A DNA stretch of 52,129 bases from a virus (lineage: Duplodnaviria > Caudoviricetes), in the IMG/VR virus record IMGVR_UViG_3300046330_000118, positions 1 through 52,129 of that record. One strand, given 5' to 3'. A program made the translations under genes and the position numbers. Of this stretch, positions 6,970 through 15,578 are shown piece after piece. Under the pieces are notes generated by a model. The model did no database searches, had not been told where the DNA came from, and saw only the letters and a list, made by a program, of their open reading frames with translations. The stretch's first letter is position 1, and the number at the start of each line of letters is the position of its first letter.

Positions 6970-8356
6970 CTTGTTTTCTCAGGCTTTCGTTCATCCTCAG
7001 TTGGTCTTTGACAAGTCGTGATAACTGACCCTCGTCGTAAGTATCCTCAGCGATAATCTCATAACTAATCACCGAGCGTTTCTGCCCACGACGATCGAGG
7101 CGACCAGCGGCCTGCTCATTGAGTAGACGGTTGTCGTCCTTAGACAGCCACACAACCACGCTAGCGGCTTCCTGTAGCCCATCTGTTCCCTCACCGATTG
7201 CTGAGATTACAGCCACGATGAACTGAATCTTGCCGGCAATGAAGTCCGTCAGAGCCTGGTCACGCACTGGCTGAGAAGCCTTGCCCGACCACTCGAAAGC
7301 GTTGAAGCCTAGGCGTTGCAGTCGCTTAGTCACAACCTCAGCGAACTTCTGGCTATGGGTTAGGATAAGCATCTGCTCGCCTTGTGGGTGGTCTCCGATT
7401 ATTTGGAGGAGTTCCTCATACTTGGATGATTTACAATCCTCGCCAAACGTAACTTCTCCCTGCTCATTGATTTCAGGCACTCCGAGCGTAATTTGTCTAA
7501 GACGAATACGCACAGCAACAGGAACTTCAACGACAAGCGGGTTCTCACCAAGCCAAACGAATAATTCTTTCTCAAGTTTCTTATAAATCCTTTTCTGCTC
7601 TGAGGCTAGTTCCACTGTCCGGACTTCCGTCTGGACTGGTGGTAGTTCATTGTCAATGCCCTCTGGGTGAAACTCACAGCACTTCTCACGCTTGAGGTGG
7701 CGGATGTAGCAGGGGATTGACTCGATGATTGCGCCGGGGTTTACCTCACCAGTAATAATCTTCCCGGCAAAGAAGTCAACCTCAGTTGAACAATACTTGT
7801 CAACCCAGTTCCAATACGAGCGACCGGCGACATCTGGGTAAATCCATTTCAGGATGGCCCAGATGCCATCGATCTTGTTCCCTGCCACTGTGCCTGACAT
7901 TCCGATACGGCGCTTAGCCTTTAGGGTCGTCAGCATAATGGCAGTCTTGCTCTTGCGGTTAGACGCTCGGTGAACCTCATCAAATACCGCTAGGTCAGGC
8001 GTGATGCCTTTCCAGTGGAACTTGCGGAAATACTCTGGGCTGACCATAAACCAGCCCTTAGCCCCAGCCTCTAACGCTTTGAACGCTTGCTGTCCTGCGA
8101 CAGTAGAGTTCACATAGAACACCTCAGCGCCGGGAATCTGACGCTTGATAGTCTTCTCCCACGCTCGCTTGTGCGTTCCCTTTGGCGCAATGACAAGATT
8201 AGTCCTAGTGGCAAGACGCTTACCAACCTCAATGGCAATAAGCGTCTTACCTCCACCTACCTGCGTTGCTACAATGCCTGAGCCGTCATTGGTAATAAGT
8301 TGTTCAATGTCTCGTTCCTGATAGTTATAAGGAACAAGGGGTGCTTCACTGGTCAA
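6962..8356 (-). CDS. SF2 (SNF2/DEAD-like) DNA helicase
   Basis: YQ motif, GGGKT, DEVH, MSGT, QAAGRLDRRGQ; start moved to TTG 8356 after GGAG. Confidence 0.9.
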   Translation of the reverse strand: MTSEAPLVPYNYQERDIEQLITNDGSGIVATQVGGGKTLIAIEVGKRLATRTNLVIAPKGTHKRAWEKTIKRQIPGAEVFYVNSTVAGQQAFKALEAGAKGWFMVSPEYFRKFHWKGITPDLAVFDEVHRASNRKSKTAIMLTTLKAKRRIGMSGTVAGNKIDGIWAILKWIYPDVAGRSYWNWVDKYCSTEVDFFAGKIITGEVNPGAIIESIPCYIRHLKREKCCEFHPEGIDNELPPVQTEVRTVELASEQKRIYKKLEKELFVWLGENPLVVEVPVAVRIRLRQITLGVPEINEQGEVTFGEDCKSSKYEELLQIIGDHPQGEQMLILTHSQKFAEVVTKRLQRLGFNAFEWSGKASQPVRDQALTDFIAGKIQFIVAVISAIGEGTDGLQEAASVVVWLSKDDNRLLNEQAAGRLDRRGQKRSVISYEIIAEDTYDEGQLSRLVKDQLRMNESLRKQVG

Positions 8357-8519
8357 GATACTGTCTCCAATAGTTTTCGTGCTGTGCTTTGTAGTTTGGC
8401 ATATCGCTTCTTGTTTTTGTGCTGTCACCATCTTTGTCTAGCATGGCAACGATAACAACAATAAAAGGAGTGATTAGTGCTAGGAAGAACGCAAGCCAGA
8501 TAATGCTAGATGCTTGCAA
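8346..8519 (-). CDS. Small single-TM protein (57 aa, not in ORF track)
   Basis: IIWLAFFLALITPFIVVIVAML hydrophobic helix; fills the gap between coupled genes. Confidence 0.6.
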   Translation of the reverse strand: MQASSIIWLAFFLALITPFIVVIVAMLDKDGDSTKTRSDMPNYKAQHENYWRQYLDQ

Positions 8520-8982
8520 GAACGTCTGTTACTGCGTCGTTCTGATACAACTGTCCGACTACGAATGCGTCACCGCTTACGTGTTCAAACTCGCCGGCTT
8601 CATCAATAGAAACAACCGCCTCACCGGAAACTCGGGCAAAGCCGAAGTTCTGTAGCACGACTCGGTAAGTGCCGTCGTCTTGCCTCGCGATAGTCCATCC
8701 CGCTGATGTCGAACGCGTTACTAGTTCGCTTGTCTCTGCGAGGATGTCTTGAACAGTCTTGTAGTTGCTCGTGCCGATAGTCTTGCCTAACTGGGTGCGT
8801 GGCACTCCAGCCTCAGCGGCCAAGCGTAGCGCAATGTCACGCTTACGCTTGATAACCGCCAACTGCTCGTTCAACTGCTTCTTGAGTTCGGCCTCCAGCG
8901 TTGCCTTGGCTAGCACATACGCTGAATGCTCCTCTACGAGGGTCTCAAGGGCTTGTCTAGCGTGTGGTGTTAGTCGAGTCAT
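8506..8982 (-). CDS. Putative HTH DNA-binding protein
   Basis: ALRLAAEAGVPRTQLGKTIGTSNYKTVQDIL resembles an HTH. Confidence 0.6.
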   Translation of the reverse strand: MTRLTPHARQALETLVEEHSAYVLAKATLEAELKKQLNEQLAVIKRKRDIALRLAAEAGVPRTQLGKTIGTSNYKTVQDILAETSELVTRSTSAGWTIARQDDGTYRVVLQNFGFARVSGEAVVSIDEAGEFEHVSGDAFVVGQLYQNDAVTDVLASI

Positions 8983-9265
8983 TGACTACCTCACTTTCTC
9001 CTGCCGAGATTACGTCGTGGACTACGCCATCGATCAATCGGCCAATGGTTAGCGAGGTTAGGTCTGCGGTTAGCAACTCTAGTTCTCGTGGGTCTACCGG
9101 CTTCTCAACAACAACCTCAACCACCTGAGTGTATGCGTCTAGCGGATACCACTTGTAGTCTGAGATGTTTGGCGTATCTGATAGGAAACGCTTTTCGCTG
9201 CGTAGGCTGTCGACAACGTTAGAGATTTCACTAACGTCACCTGTAATAATGTATTCGAGTTTCAT
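8957..9265 (-). CDS. Hypothetical protein
   Basis: RBS AAGGAGGAA; coupled ORF. Confidence 0.75.
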   Translation of the reverse strand: MKLEYIITGDVSEISNVVDSLRSEKRFLSDTPNISDYKWYPLDAYTQVVEVVVEKPVDPRELELLTADLTSLTIGRLIDGVVHDVISAGESEVVNDSTNTTR

Positions 9266-9301
9266 ATTCCTCCTTAGGAATGTTAGGGATTTATTGTATC
9301 A

Positions 9302-9937
9302 CTATTTGTCGCACTTTGAACAATTGCAGGAGTGTTTCCCGTCCTTGTCCATAGACTTCTTTTCCTCCACAGTTCGAGGGCAGTCCTTATACCAAGAGTC
9401 TTCGTCGTCGTCCCACTCACACACGCACTCACGCCCCTTTGAGACGTAATCCTCGTGCGAATCTGGGATGTCCCACTCGGACTTGTGGCTAACCTCGCCG
9501 TTGTGGTAGGTGAGGATGCCACCCCAGCCCTGCTCCTCTTCGTATTCAACGTTGAAGATTAGGTTTGGGAACATCTTTGCCATAGCGTCGAACACTGGCA
9601 TTGGTGGCGACCATGCAGTGTTGAAGTTGATAAGCACATAGTCGCTAAGGCCACGCTCCACAACTTCTTCACAAGCGTTCCACTTGGTGTCCCAGTTCTC
9701 GTTGTTCCACTTATACCAGTTGAACTCAGGGTCTCCGCTAAACACGCCACCACTGTAACCGGCGACGCTGTGGTATTGCTCCACCTTGTCCTCTGGCGGG
9801 GTGACGAACGAGTGGAAGTTGAACTGCCTCGGTTCATTTGGGGTGAACGGTGACGGCTTGCTAGCGTGTTCTAGGAACGCTGTTACCTCTGCGTCGCTAC
9901 CTCGAACAGAAATTGAATTGAATACCCAGTTAGGCAT
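9302..9937 (-). CDS. DUF1281/YubB ferredoxin-like domain protein
   Basis: MPNW..N, WY.WN..NWDTKWNA and F.TAWSPP signature motifs. Confidence 0.8.
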   Translation of the reverse strand: MPNWVFNSISVRGSDAEVTAFLEHASKPSPFTPNEPRQFNFHSFVTPPEDKVEQYHSVAGYSGGVFSGDPEFNWYKWNNENWDTKWNACEEVVERGLSDYVLINFNTAWSPPMPVFDAMAKMFPNLIFNVEYEEEQGWGGILTYHNGEVSHKSEWDIPDSHEDYVSKGRECVCEWDDDEDSWYKDCPRTVEEKKSMDKDGKHSCNCSKCDK

Positions 9938-10118
9938 TGTCGGTCTCCTTTGTCTTTACTTCCTCAACGTCGAAATACCATTCGGCGTGTATTTCGTAAT
10001 CCTCAAAATCGTCGGCTATCCAGTCTTGAACCTGCTTGTAAGCCTCGTCCTTGTTGGTGGCCTCAACCTCCACCTTATACCAGTGTCGGCGTGTTGCGTA
10101 AATTGCATACTTAGTCAT
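9930..10118 (-). CDS. Small hypothetical protein (DpnD/PcfM-like)
   Basis: VEVEATNKDEA motif; start reassigned to MTKY after AAGGAG. Confidence 0.7.
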   Translation of the reverse strand: MTKYAIYATRRHWYKVEVEATNKDEAYKQVQDWIADDFEDYEIHAEWYFDVEEVKTKETDNA

Positions 10119-10278
10119 TGTTGCGCTCCTTCTTCTTGAAAGCAATGTCAACGCTGTAAAACTCTGCTACAAGTTCTAGGGCGTTGCCCCAAAACTCAAT
10201 CTCAATGGCGGTGTCCTTGTGCATTTGCACTAGGTCGTCAGCCAGTCTACTGGCAATCTTCTCTAGTCTTGGGTTCAT
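10111..10278 (-). CDS. Hypothetical protein
   Basis: Start MNPRLEK after GAGGAG. Confidence 0.7.
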   Translation of the reverse strand: MNPRLEKIASRLADDLVQMHKDTAIEIEFWGNALELVAEFYSVDIAFKKKERNND

Positions 10279-10279
10279 C

Positions 10280-10483
10280 CTATATCTCCTCTTCATCAAT
10301 GCTCATCCGAGCGTCTAGGTCAAATAGTCTTAGGTTGTCGTGTCCCACAAATCGATCGATAACAAACCACTGACGCTGTGAGAGCGTGTCCTCGTGGCCA
10401 TGCAGTTGCTCTAGGTACTCCTCTAGCAGTGCGCCCTCTAGTTTGTATACGGCCTTGAAAGTTACGGTAATTTGCTTAGTCAA
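10280..10483 (-). CDS. Hypothetical protein
   Basis: Coupled ORF, TTG start. Confidence 0.7.
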   Translation of the reverse strand: MTKQITVTFKAVYKLEGALLEEYLEQLHGHEDTLSQRQWFVIDRFVGHDNLRLFDLDARMSIDEEEI

Positions 10484-10577
10484 AAATCACGCTCAGGCTT
10501 TCTCCGCCACAACTAGGGCAGATGTCGGTGTTGCTTGTCGGGTCTGGCTCACTCCAGCCACATTCTCTACAAATCAT
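10476..10577 (-). CDS. Zinc-ribbon mini-protein (33 aa, not in ORF track)
   Basis: MICRECG...ICPSCGG; RBS GGAG. Confidence 0.65.
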   Translation of the reverse strand: MICRECGWSEPDPTSNTDICPSCGGESLSVIFD

Positions 10578-10779
10578 TTTTCTCCAGATAATCCAATCTT
10601 GTTGCCAGTCGGCTCACTTTGCGGAGTGACTGGTTGATACTAGTGTATATCTCTCGCTTGGCTTTGTCAAGCCAATCTGGGTCTGATGCAAAGAAAGTTC
10701 CAGCAACCGCGTCCCCGAGGACTGGCATCTCCATCAAATCTAGTTCTTCACATAGCGCGGTGATAATGTCTTCGCGCAT
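10567..10779 (-). CDS. Hypothetical protein
   Basis: Start reassigned to MREDIIT. Confidence 0.65.
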   Translation of the reverse strand: MREDIITALCEELDLMEMPVLGDAVAGTFFASDPDWLDKAKREIYTSINQSLRKVSRLATRLDYLEKNDL

Positions 10780-10792
10780 CTCTTCTTGACTG

Positions 10793-11068
10793 TTATACAA
10801 GCGACAATGCCTCATTCGCCATATACATCTCATCTAGTGGAACGGCAATCTTCTTGGCAATCGCCTCAATCTGTGCCACCTTCCTGTCGAGGGCCTGCCC
10901 CTTGTCTTCACGCTTGTTGTAGGTGTTGAGGTCGGCAATCGCTGATAGAACTGCTGAGCGGTCGAACAGAGCCTCCTCGGCCAGCATAATCTCCTCTAGG
11001 GTTAGATAGACGGCGTAGGTCGGCTGGTTAGGCTTGAGAGCCTCTTTGATAACGGTTTTGTCAATCAT
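10793..11068 (-). CDS. Hypothetical protein
   Basis: ORF in the tightly packed leftward cluster. Confidence 0.75.
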   Translation of the reverse strand: MIDKTVIKEALKPNQPTYAVYLTLEEIMLAEEALFDRSAVLSAIADLNTYNKREDKGQALDRKVAQIEAIAKKIAVPLDEMYMANEALSLV

Positions 11069-11296
11069 TTAGATACCTTCTTCTCTCATGATGTTGATGT
11101 AACTGTTTAGGTCGTCGTCGGTTAGGTAGTGGTTCTGGATGATGTCCTCTGCCAGCCACTCCCACTGTGCCTCGGTGAGTGTGCCGTCATAGGCTTGTTC
11201 GAGTTCCTCTTTCTCGATAAGCATATAAGCAACCGTCCGGTCGCCATCCTTAGCGAGGTATTTGTTCAGGATAAAAATTAGTTCACTGAGTAGCAT
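11069..11296 (-). CDS. Hypothetical acidic protein
   Basis: LSELIFILNK...LTEAQW motif. Confidence 0.75.
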   Translation of the reverse strand: MLLSELIFILNKYLAKDGDRTVAYMLIEKEELEQAYDGTLTEAQWEWLAEDIIQNHYLTDDDLNSYINIMREEGI

Positions 11297-11507
11297 TATT
11301 CTCTTTCATTTTGTTTTCAAAGTCAACTGCTTGACTGTAACTTAGGTTCTTGAGTTGGTCTTCAGCGATGAAGAAGAACTCCTTGTAAATAGGCTGGTAA
11401 AGTTCCCCTGCGATAGCGTCTGCCACCTTGCGACTCTTACAGGTCATAACTAACCGGCCGGTCTGGTCGTAGAACGCAATCGATCGAAGTCGAGGGTTGC
11501 TAGCCAT
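11283..11507 (-). CDS. Hypothetical protein
   Basis: Coupled ORF. Confidence 0.7.
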   Translation of the reverse strand: MASNPRLRSIAFYDQTGRLVMTCKSRKVADAIAGELYQPIYKEFFFIAEDQLKNLSYSQAVDFENKMKENNATQ

Positions 11508-11730
11508 TGATGATTTCCTTTACGGCCTGCTTCATAGTGTCGTTACCATCGTCACCGAGGAACTCGTTATTGTCGTAGTAGTAGGCGATATCCGACCACT
11601 GCTTGTCGGTCAGTGCCTCGTTTGTGAACTCCTCAGCGTCCTCCTTGAGCCAAATCTGGTTGATACCTAGGATTGTCTCGGGTGGCATTGTGGACAGGAA
11701 TGCGATAACTTCTCGGACTGTTCTTGACAT
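11500..11730 (-). CDS. Hypothetical acidic protein
   Basis: TVREVIAFLSTMPPET...LTDKQW; RBS AAAGGAG. Confidence 0.75.
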   Translation of the reverse strand: MSRTVREVIAFLSTMPPETILGINQIWLKEDAEEFTNEALTDKQWSDIAYYYDNNEFLGDDGNDTMKQAVKEIING

Positions 11731-11776
11731 TATTTACTCCTTTTTGTGATTGTTTGTGTAGTTTGGGGACGGATTC

Positions 11777-12103
11777 CGACACGCCCGAAATGCATTCAAT
11801 ATGTTATTTGCATTGAATATGTTAGGGGTTACATTGGTGAATCTCATAAAATGTCTTCGTAGAATATACTATAATCTACTAACAAAAAATGCTATGTAAT
11901 GGTCGGGGGATGTTGCGGAGGGGGTGATTTCGCATTCAATATGTTCAGGATTGAAACATATTAGATGCAAAATGGGCCAAATTTGAAAGTGTTCTATGTC
12001 TCTATATTATTTATTATTATATTATTTGTCTATGTAGTGAGGACTGGGGAGCGAGCGTGAAGTCTACACAACGCACTCGGGCGTGTCGTGGGTTGAATAT
12101 GTT
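11777..12103. repeat. AT-rich non-coding region with a 12-bp inverted repeat and multiple AATATGTT boxes
   Basis: CGACACGCCCGA 11777-11788 / TCGGGCGTGTCG 12077-12088; GCATT(C/G)AATATGTT at 11792, 11810, 11932; inverted variant 11955-11968; TTGAATATGTT at 12093. Confidence 0.8.
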
Positions 12104-12108
12104 ATCAA

Positions 12109-13197
12109 TTAGTCCCAGTAAGAACGACGGCTAAAACGAGAGCCGATAGTCTGGGACCGATTGAACTGATACTCATCCTCAGAAGCCGGAGTGACCTCCT
12201 CAGGGTCTTGGGTGTAACACATATTCTTGTCCGACCAGTAACGGTTGTAACGAGCCGTCTCGTAGTCCTCGTGAAGAGTGTCATAAGTTCCCATATAAGT
12301 GCCGTCGAAGTCATAGTAGAAACCCTCGTGAAGCACAAAGCCCTCTAAGTAATCCTCGAAGCCCTCGTCATACTCCTCCCACAAGCCACTGTATGGGTCG
12401 TCATAGCCCCAAGCAGTGCTTTGCTGGGTGAACTTGCCACCGGCAGTCGCAGAGCGGTAAGAGGCGTAAGAGGATGCTGACAACTTCTGCTCGAACTCAG
12501 GGTCAAGGTCAGGCAAAGTAGACATCTCATCAATGCGACCATCGCGAACAGCAAGCAGTGTGCGCTCCTTCACGTCCATAATGAAGTTATACTTGAGGCC
12601 AACAGAATCCAAGGCATTAGTCAGGATAGACTCGGTAGAGGCAAACACGAACGAGCCGTCAGCCAACTGAGCAACAGTCAAAGGACTGTGGCTGATACGA
12701 GCAACATTGAGAACACCCTTGTTAGACTCGTCAAGCCAAGCAACAGCCGCATCGCCGTCAAGCATAGAGAACTTGTCAGTAGAAGAGAACTGCTGAAGAA
12801 TAGCAGGAATAACAGCAGTATCAACATCTGGCAACTGCTTAGACTTAGACAAATGCGCACGAACAAGGTCGTGGTTATAAATGACACCATTGTGAACAAG
12901 GCTAATAGACGAATCAGGCGACTGAACCGGGTGATTGTTACGGTTATCACGAATAGAGCCATGCGTTGCAAGGCGAGTGTGCAAAATGACACTAGAAGCC
13001 TGCTTAGGCATAGACTTGAGAGTTAGGTTGCTACCAGAAACATCCTGCTTATAGAAGCCAGAACCCTGAGCATACTGGAAAGCATAACCAGAAGCCTGAT
13101 TGCCACGCTTCTCCAGTCCGGTAAGCAAAGCGTGAGCGAGTTTACGAGCATTTACTTTAGAGCCTGTCGAGAGGCTGAATCCACCGATTCCACACAT
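12109..13197 (-). CDS. Class-II (Ntn) glutamine amidotransferase
   Basis: N-terminal MCGIGG (Cys2 nucleophile), RG..ASG, HTRLATHG, NNHP, HNGVI, DTA; start reassigned to 13197. Confidence 0.9.
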   Translation of the reverse strand: MCGIGGFSLSTGSKVNARKLAHALLTGLEKRGNQASGYAFQYAQGSGFYKQDVSGSNLTLKSMPKQASSVILHTRLATHGSIRDNRNNHPVQSPDSSISLVHNGVIYNHDLVRAHLSKSKQLPDVDTAVIPAILQQFSSTDKFSMLDGDAAVAWLDESNKGVLNVARISHSPLTVAQLADGSFVFASTESILTNALDSVGLKYNFIMDVKERTLLAVRDGRIDEMSTLPDLDPEFEQKLSASSYASYRSATAGGKFTQQSTAWGYDDPYSGLWEEYDEGFEDYLEGFVLHEGFYYDFDGTYMGTYDTLHEDYETARYNRYWSDKNMCYTQDPEEVTPASEDEYQFNRSQTIGSRFSRRSYWD

Positions 13198-13251
13198 AAT
13201 ATCTAATCCATTCCGACCCATCCGGGTCAATTGCGTTTTCCAACTACTTAT

Positions 13252-13280
13252 AGTTTACGGGAAAACATCCGTCGTGTCAA
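13252..13280 (-). promoter_or_regulatory. Sigma70/SigA-type early promoter
   Basis: TTGACA-17 bp-TAAACT. Confidence 0.8.
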
Positions 13281-13343
13281 CAACATTCGCAAACTTTTTT
13301 GAGAATTTTTCCCCCTTGAGGGATTTTCTTGACATCTGTATAT

Positions 13344-13372
13344 AGTCTAATGGTTGCCGGCTTGGTTGTCAA
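13344..13372 (-). promoter_or_regulatory. Second tandem sigma70/SigA-type early promoter
   Basis: TTGACA-17 bp-TAGACT. Confidence 0.8.
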
Positions 13373-13585
13373 ATCGAAAACGCAAAAAATCCGGGCAAAT
13401 TCAAAAAAGGTCGCATCCTTATAAGGGTCGGGGTGGGTTCTAAAATTTAGAAATAGTGAGTGGGCGAGTAAAGAGTTATTGAAATGAGATATAGAAATGA
13501 AATATTGAACCGCGGCGGTCAGCCCGTCGTGGGATCACGAGAGACACGGGCTTCCCGCGCGGGGGGTTTGGCTCAGATATAGGAG

Positions 13586-13708
13586 ATGATAAATGACAAC
13601 AAGTCACTAAATATATTATTCGGAATGTTATTCGTAATCTTAACGCTGCTATGCGTAGTAGCGCCGATAATGCATTCAATAGAATGCGGTTCAAAATTAT
13701 ATTGTTAG
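13586..13708 (+). CDS. Putative 40-aa single-TM peptide (not in ORF track)
   Basis: MINDNKSLNILFGMLFVILTLLCVVAPIMHSIECGSKLYC; AGGAG abuts the ATG, so the start is uncertain. Confidence 0.45.
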   Translation: MINDNKSLNILFGMLFVILTLLCVVAPIMHSIECGSKLYC

Positions 13709-13715
13709 GAAAAGA

Positions 13716-15218
13716 ATGTCCAACTTAGTTGAATTCAGAGCATCAGCTGTCAAGGCGATGGCGAAGTACGAAGAGATCTGGAACAGCAGATTCAACGAAA
13801 ACGGCGAGCGCCGTCAGATGACAAACGAAGAGTTCAAAGAGATCTTCAGCATTCTACCAGGTTACAAGCTAAACGATGGAGTGTTCTACAGCGTTCGACA
13901 CATTATCACCGGATGGACTCCAGAGACATTGGCTGAACCGTCAGAGAATATCGCAGAGCTTGTTGAGTATCTCAAAAACAACCGGATCAAAGCTACTGTT
14001 TGGTTCGCAACTATGAAAGCAGCAGCAGACAAGATCGGACTCATTTACAATGTAAACGTTCGCAACGGTAACATTATCTTCAGTCAAGATGAGACATCGA
14101 TGATTGCAGGCAGCGAGCTTCTAGAAGACATAAACTTCTATTACATGCTAAAGCAGCTGAGCGTTATTGAGATTACTCGCGAGAACCTAATTCGTGGTAT
14201 TTCAACATACAACGACTGGCTAGCGTCATACAGCCGTCAGCTTCGCAATAACTCAATTCCAGAAGCCAAAAACACTGGAATCGAGAAGGTGTTTGAGCAG
14301 GCACCAAAGCCAGAAGCTGAGTTGATCCTAGCTCAGCTTGACGAAGCAATCAAGTTGCTACCAAGCAACGGTCTAACAGCCAGAACTTGGGGCTTCGAGA
14401 TTGAGGTTCCAGACGCCAAGAACGTTACACCAAGATTCAATTCAGGAATCGAAAAGGGCGAAGACGGAAGTCTTCGTAGCTACGAGGGTAACGACGAATG
14501 CGAGTGCGGATGTTCAGACTGTGTATTTCACAGCTGCGACTGTGACAACTGCACAGACTACAACGACGACCCAAGCCACTGTGGAGACAGTGACTGCCAG
14601 ACAGCAGACATGGCAGAGTTCCGAACCGTTGGTGGAGTCCAGCGAGCACACCACAACGGAATGTATCAGCTATGCAAGGAACTGAACGAGAACAATGCAG
14701 AGATGAATGACACTGCAGGTACTCACATTCACGTATATGCTCAGGACTTGACAACCCACCAGGTTGGTCAAGTAATGGCAATCTACAAGTACATTGAAGG
14801 TATTGTTAGCCCGATTGCTGGACGTTACAACGTGAACTACGCAGGTAAGGTACGTACTGACCACGTAGCAGCAGCGTTGAAGCGTAAAGATCCAAAGCTA
14901 AACAACGTCAAGCAGGTTGCAGTGAACGTAATGCACTTGCTAGGCGGACGCGGAACAATCGAGTTCCGACAGATGGACTGTAACTTGAACGCAAACAAGA
15001 TTACATTCTGGGCTTGGCTAGTTCGTGGACTTGTCGAGACTGCAAAGCGTGGAGCATCGCTCAAAGACTTCAAAAAGGTCCAGGACTTGAACGACGTTAT
15101 TGATGTTCTCGGTAAGTTTGAGTTCTTCATCCAGAACGAGAACCCAGGAGATGTAATCTTCGGAAGCAAGTCAGACCAGATGTTGGTCAAGACCCAGATG
15201 CACAAGCGTATCGACTAG
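13716..15218 (+). CDS. Putative amidoligase (COOH-NH2 ligase, glutamine-synthetase-like fold) with N-terminal extension and Cys-rich insert
   Basis: RTWGFEIEV, EDGSL, AEF, TAGTHIHV, AVN, TIEFRQ motifs; lies next to a GAT-II gene as in known phage amidoligase loci. Confidence 0.85.
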   Translation: MSNLVEFRASAVKAMAKYEEIWNSRFNENGERRQMTNEEFKEIFSILPGYKLNDGVFYSVRHIITGWTPETLAEPSENIAELVEYLKNNRIKATVWFATMKAAADKIGLIYNVNVRNGNIIFSQDETSMIAGSELLEDINFYYMLKQLSVIEITRENLIRGISTYNDWLASYSRQLRNNSIPEAKNTGIEKVFEQAPKPEAELILAQLDEAIKLLPSNGLTARTWGFEIEVPDAKNVTPRFNSGIEKGEDGSLRSYEGNDECECGCSDCVFHSCDCDNCTDYNDDPSHCGDSDCQTADMAEFRTVGGVQRAHHNGMYQLCKELNENNAEMNDTAGTHIHVYAQDLTTHQVGQVMAIYKYIEGIVSPIAGRYNVNYAGKVRTDHVAAALKRKDPKLNNVKQVAVNVMHLLGGRGTIEFRQMDCNLNANKITFWAWLVRGLVETAKRGASLKDFKKVQDLNDVIDVLGKFEFFIQNENPGDVIFGSKSDQMLVKTQMHKRID

Positions 15219-15293
15219 TGGCATAGAACGGAGTGGGTGCTTCGCACCCCTCCGCTCGCCCCTGCGGGGCTCGTTTATAAAAGAAAGAAAAAC

Positions 15294-15578
15294 ATGGAAA
15301 TCAAGTTCGTTACAGAAGAAGAGATTGCTGAGAAGCGTGGGCGCAAAGAAAGGTACCCATGGAGCGAGTTCATCGAGGAGTTGTACAAGCACCCAGGCAA
15401 GTGGGCGGAGTTCCCAGTCAAGGTGGTCAATTCAGGTTCTGCATACCGTATCACAACGAAGTATAAGGATGTAGAGGTACAAGTAACAGGAGGCAACAAC
15501 CTACCAGTAGAAGACGCAAACAAGCAGTTGTGGACAGTATATGTCCGTTATACCCCAACAGAAGAGGAGACGTTCTAA
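15294..15578 (+). CDS. Hypothetical protein
   Basis: Start MEIKFV; RGRKERYPW...PGKWA...VYVRY. Confidence 0.75.
   Translation: MEIKFVTEEEIAEKRGRKERYPWSEFIEELYKHPGKWAEFPVKVVNSGSAYRITTKYKDVEVQVTGGNNLPVEDANKQLWTVYVRYTPTEEETF

Noticed and set aside
12109-13230. GATase start at 13230 as in the ORF track
   Set aside because: Ntn amidotransferases need the catalytic Cys at the N-terminus, so ATG 13197 (MCGIGG) is preferred
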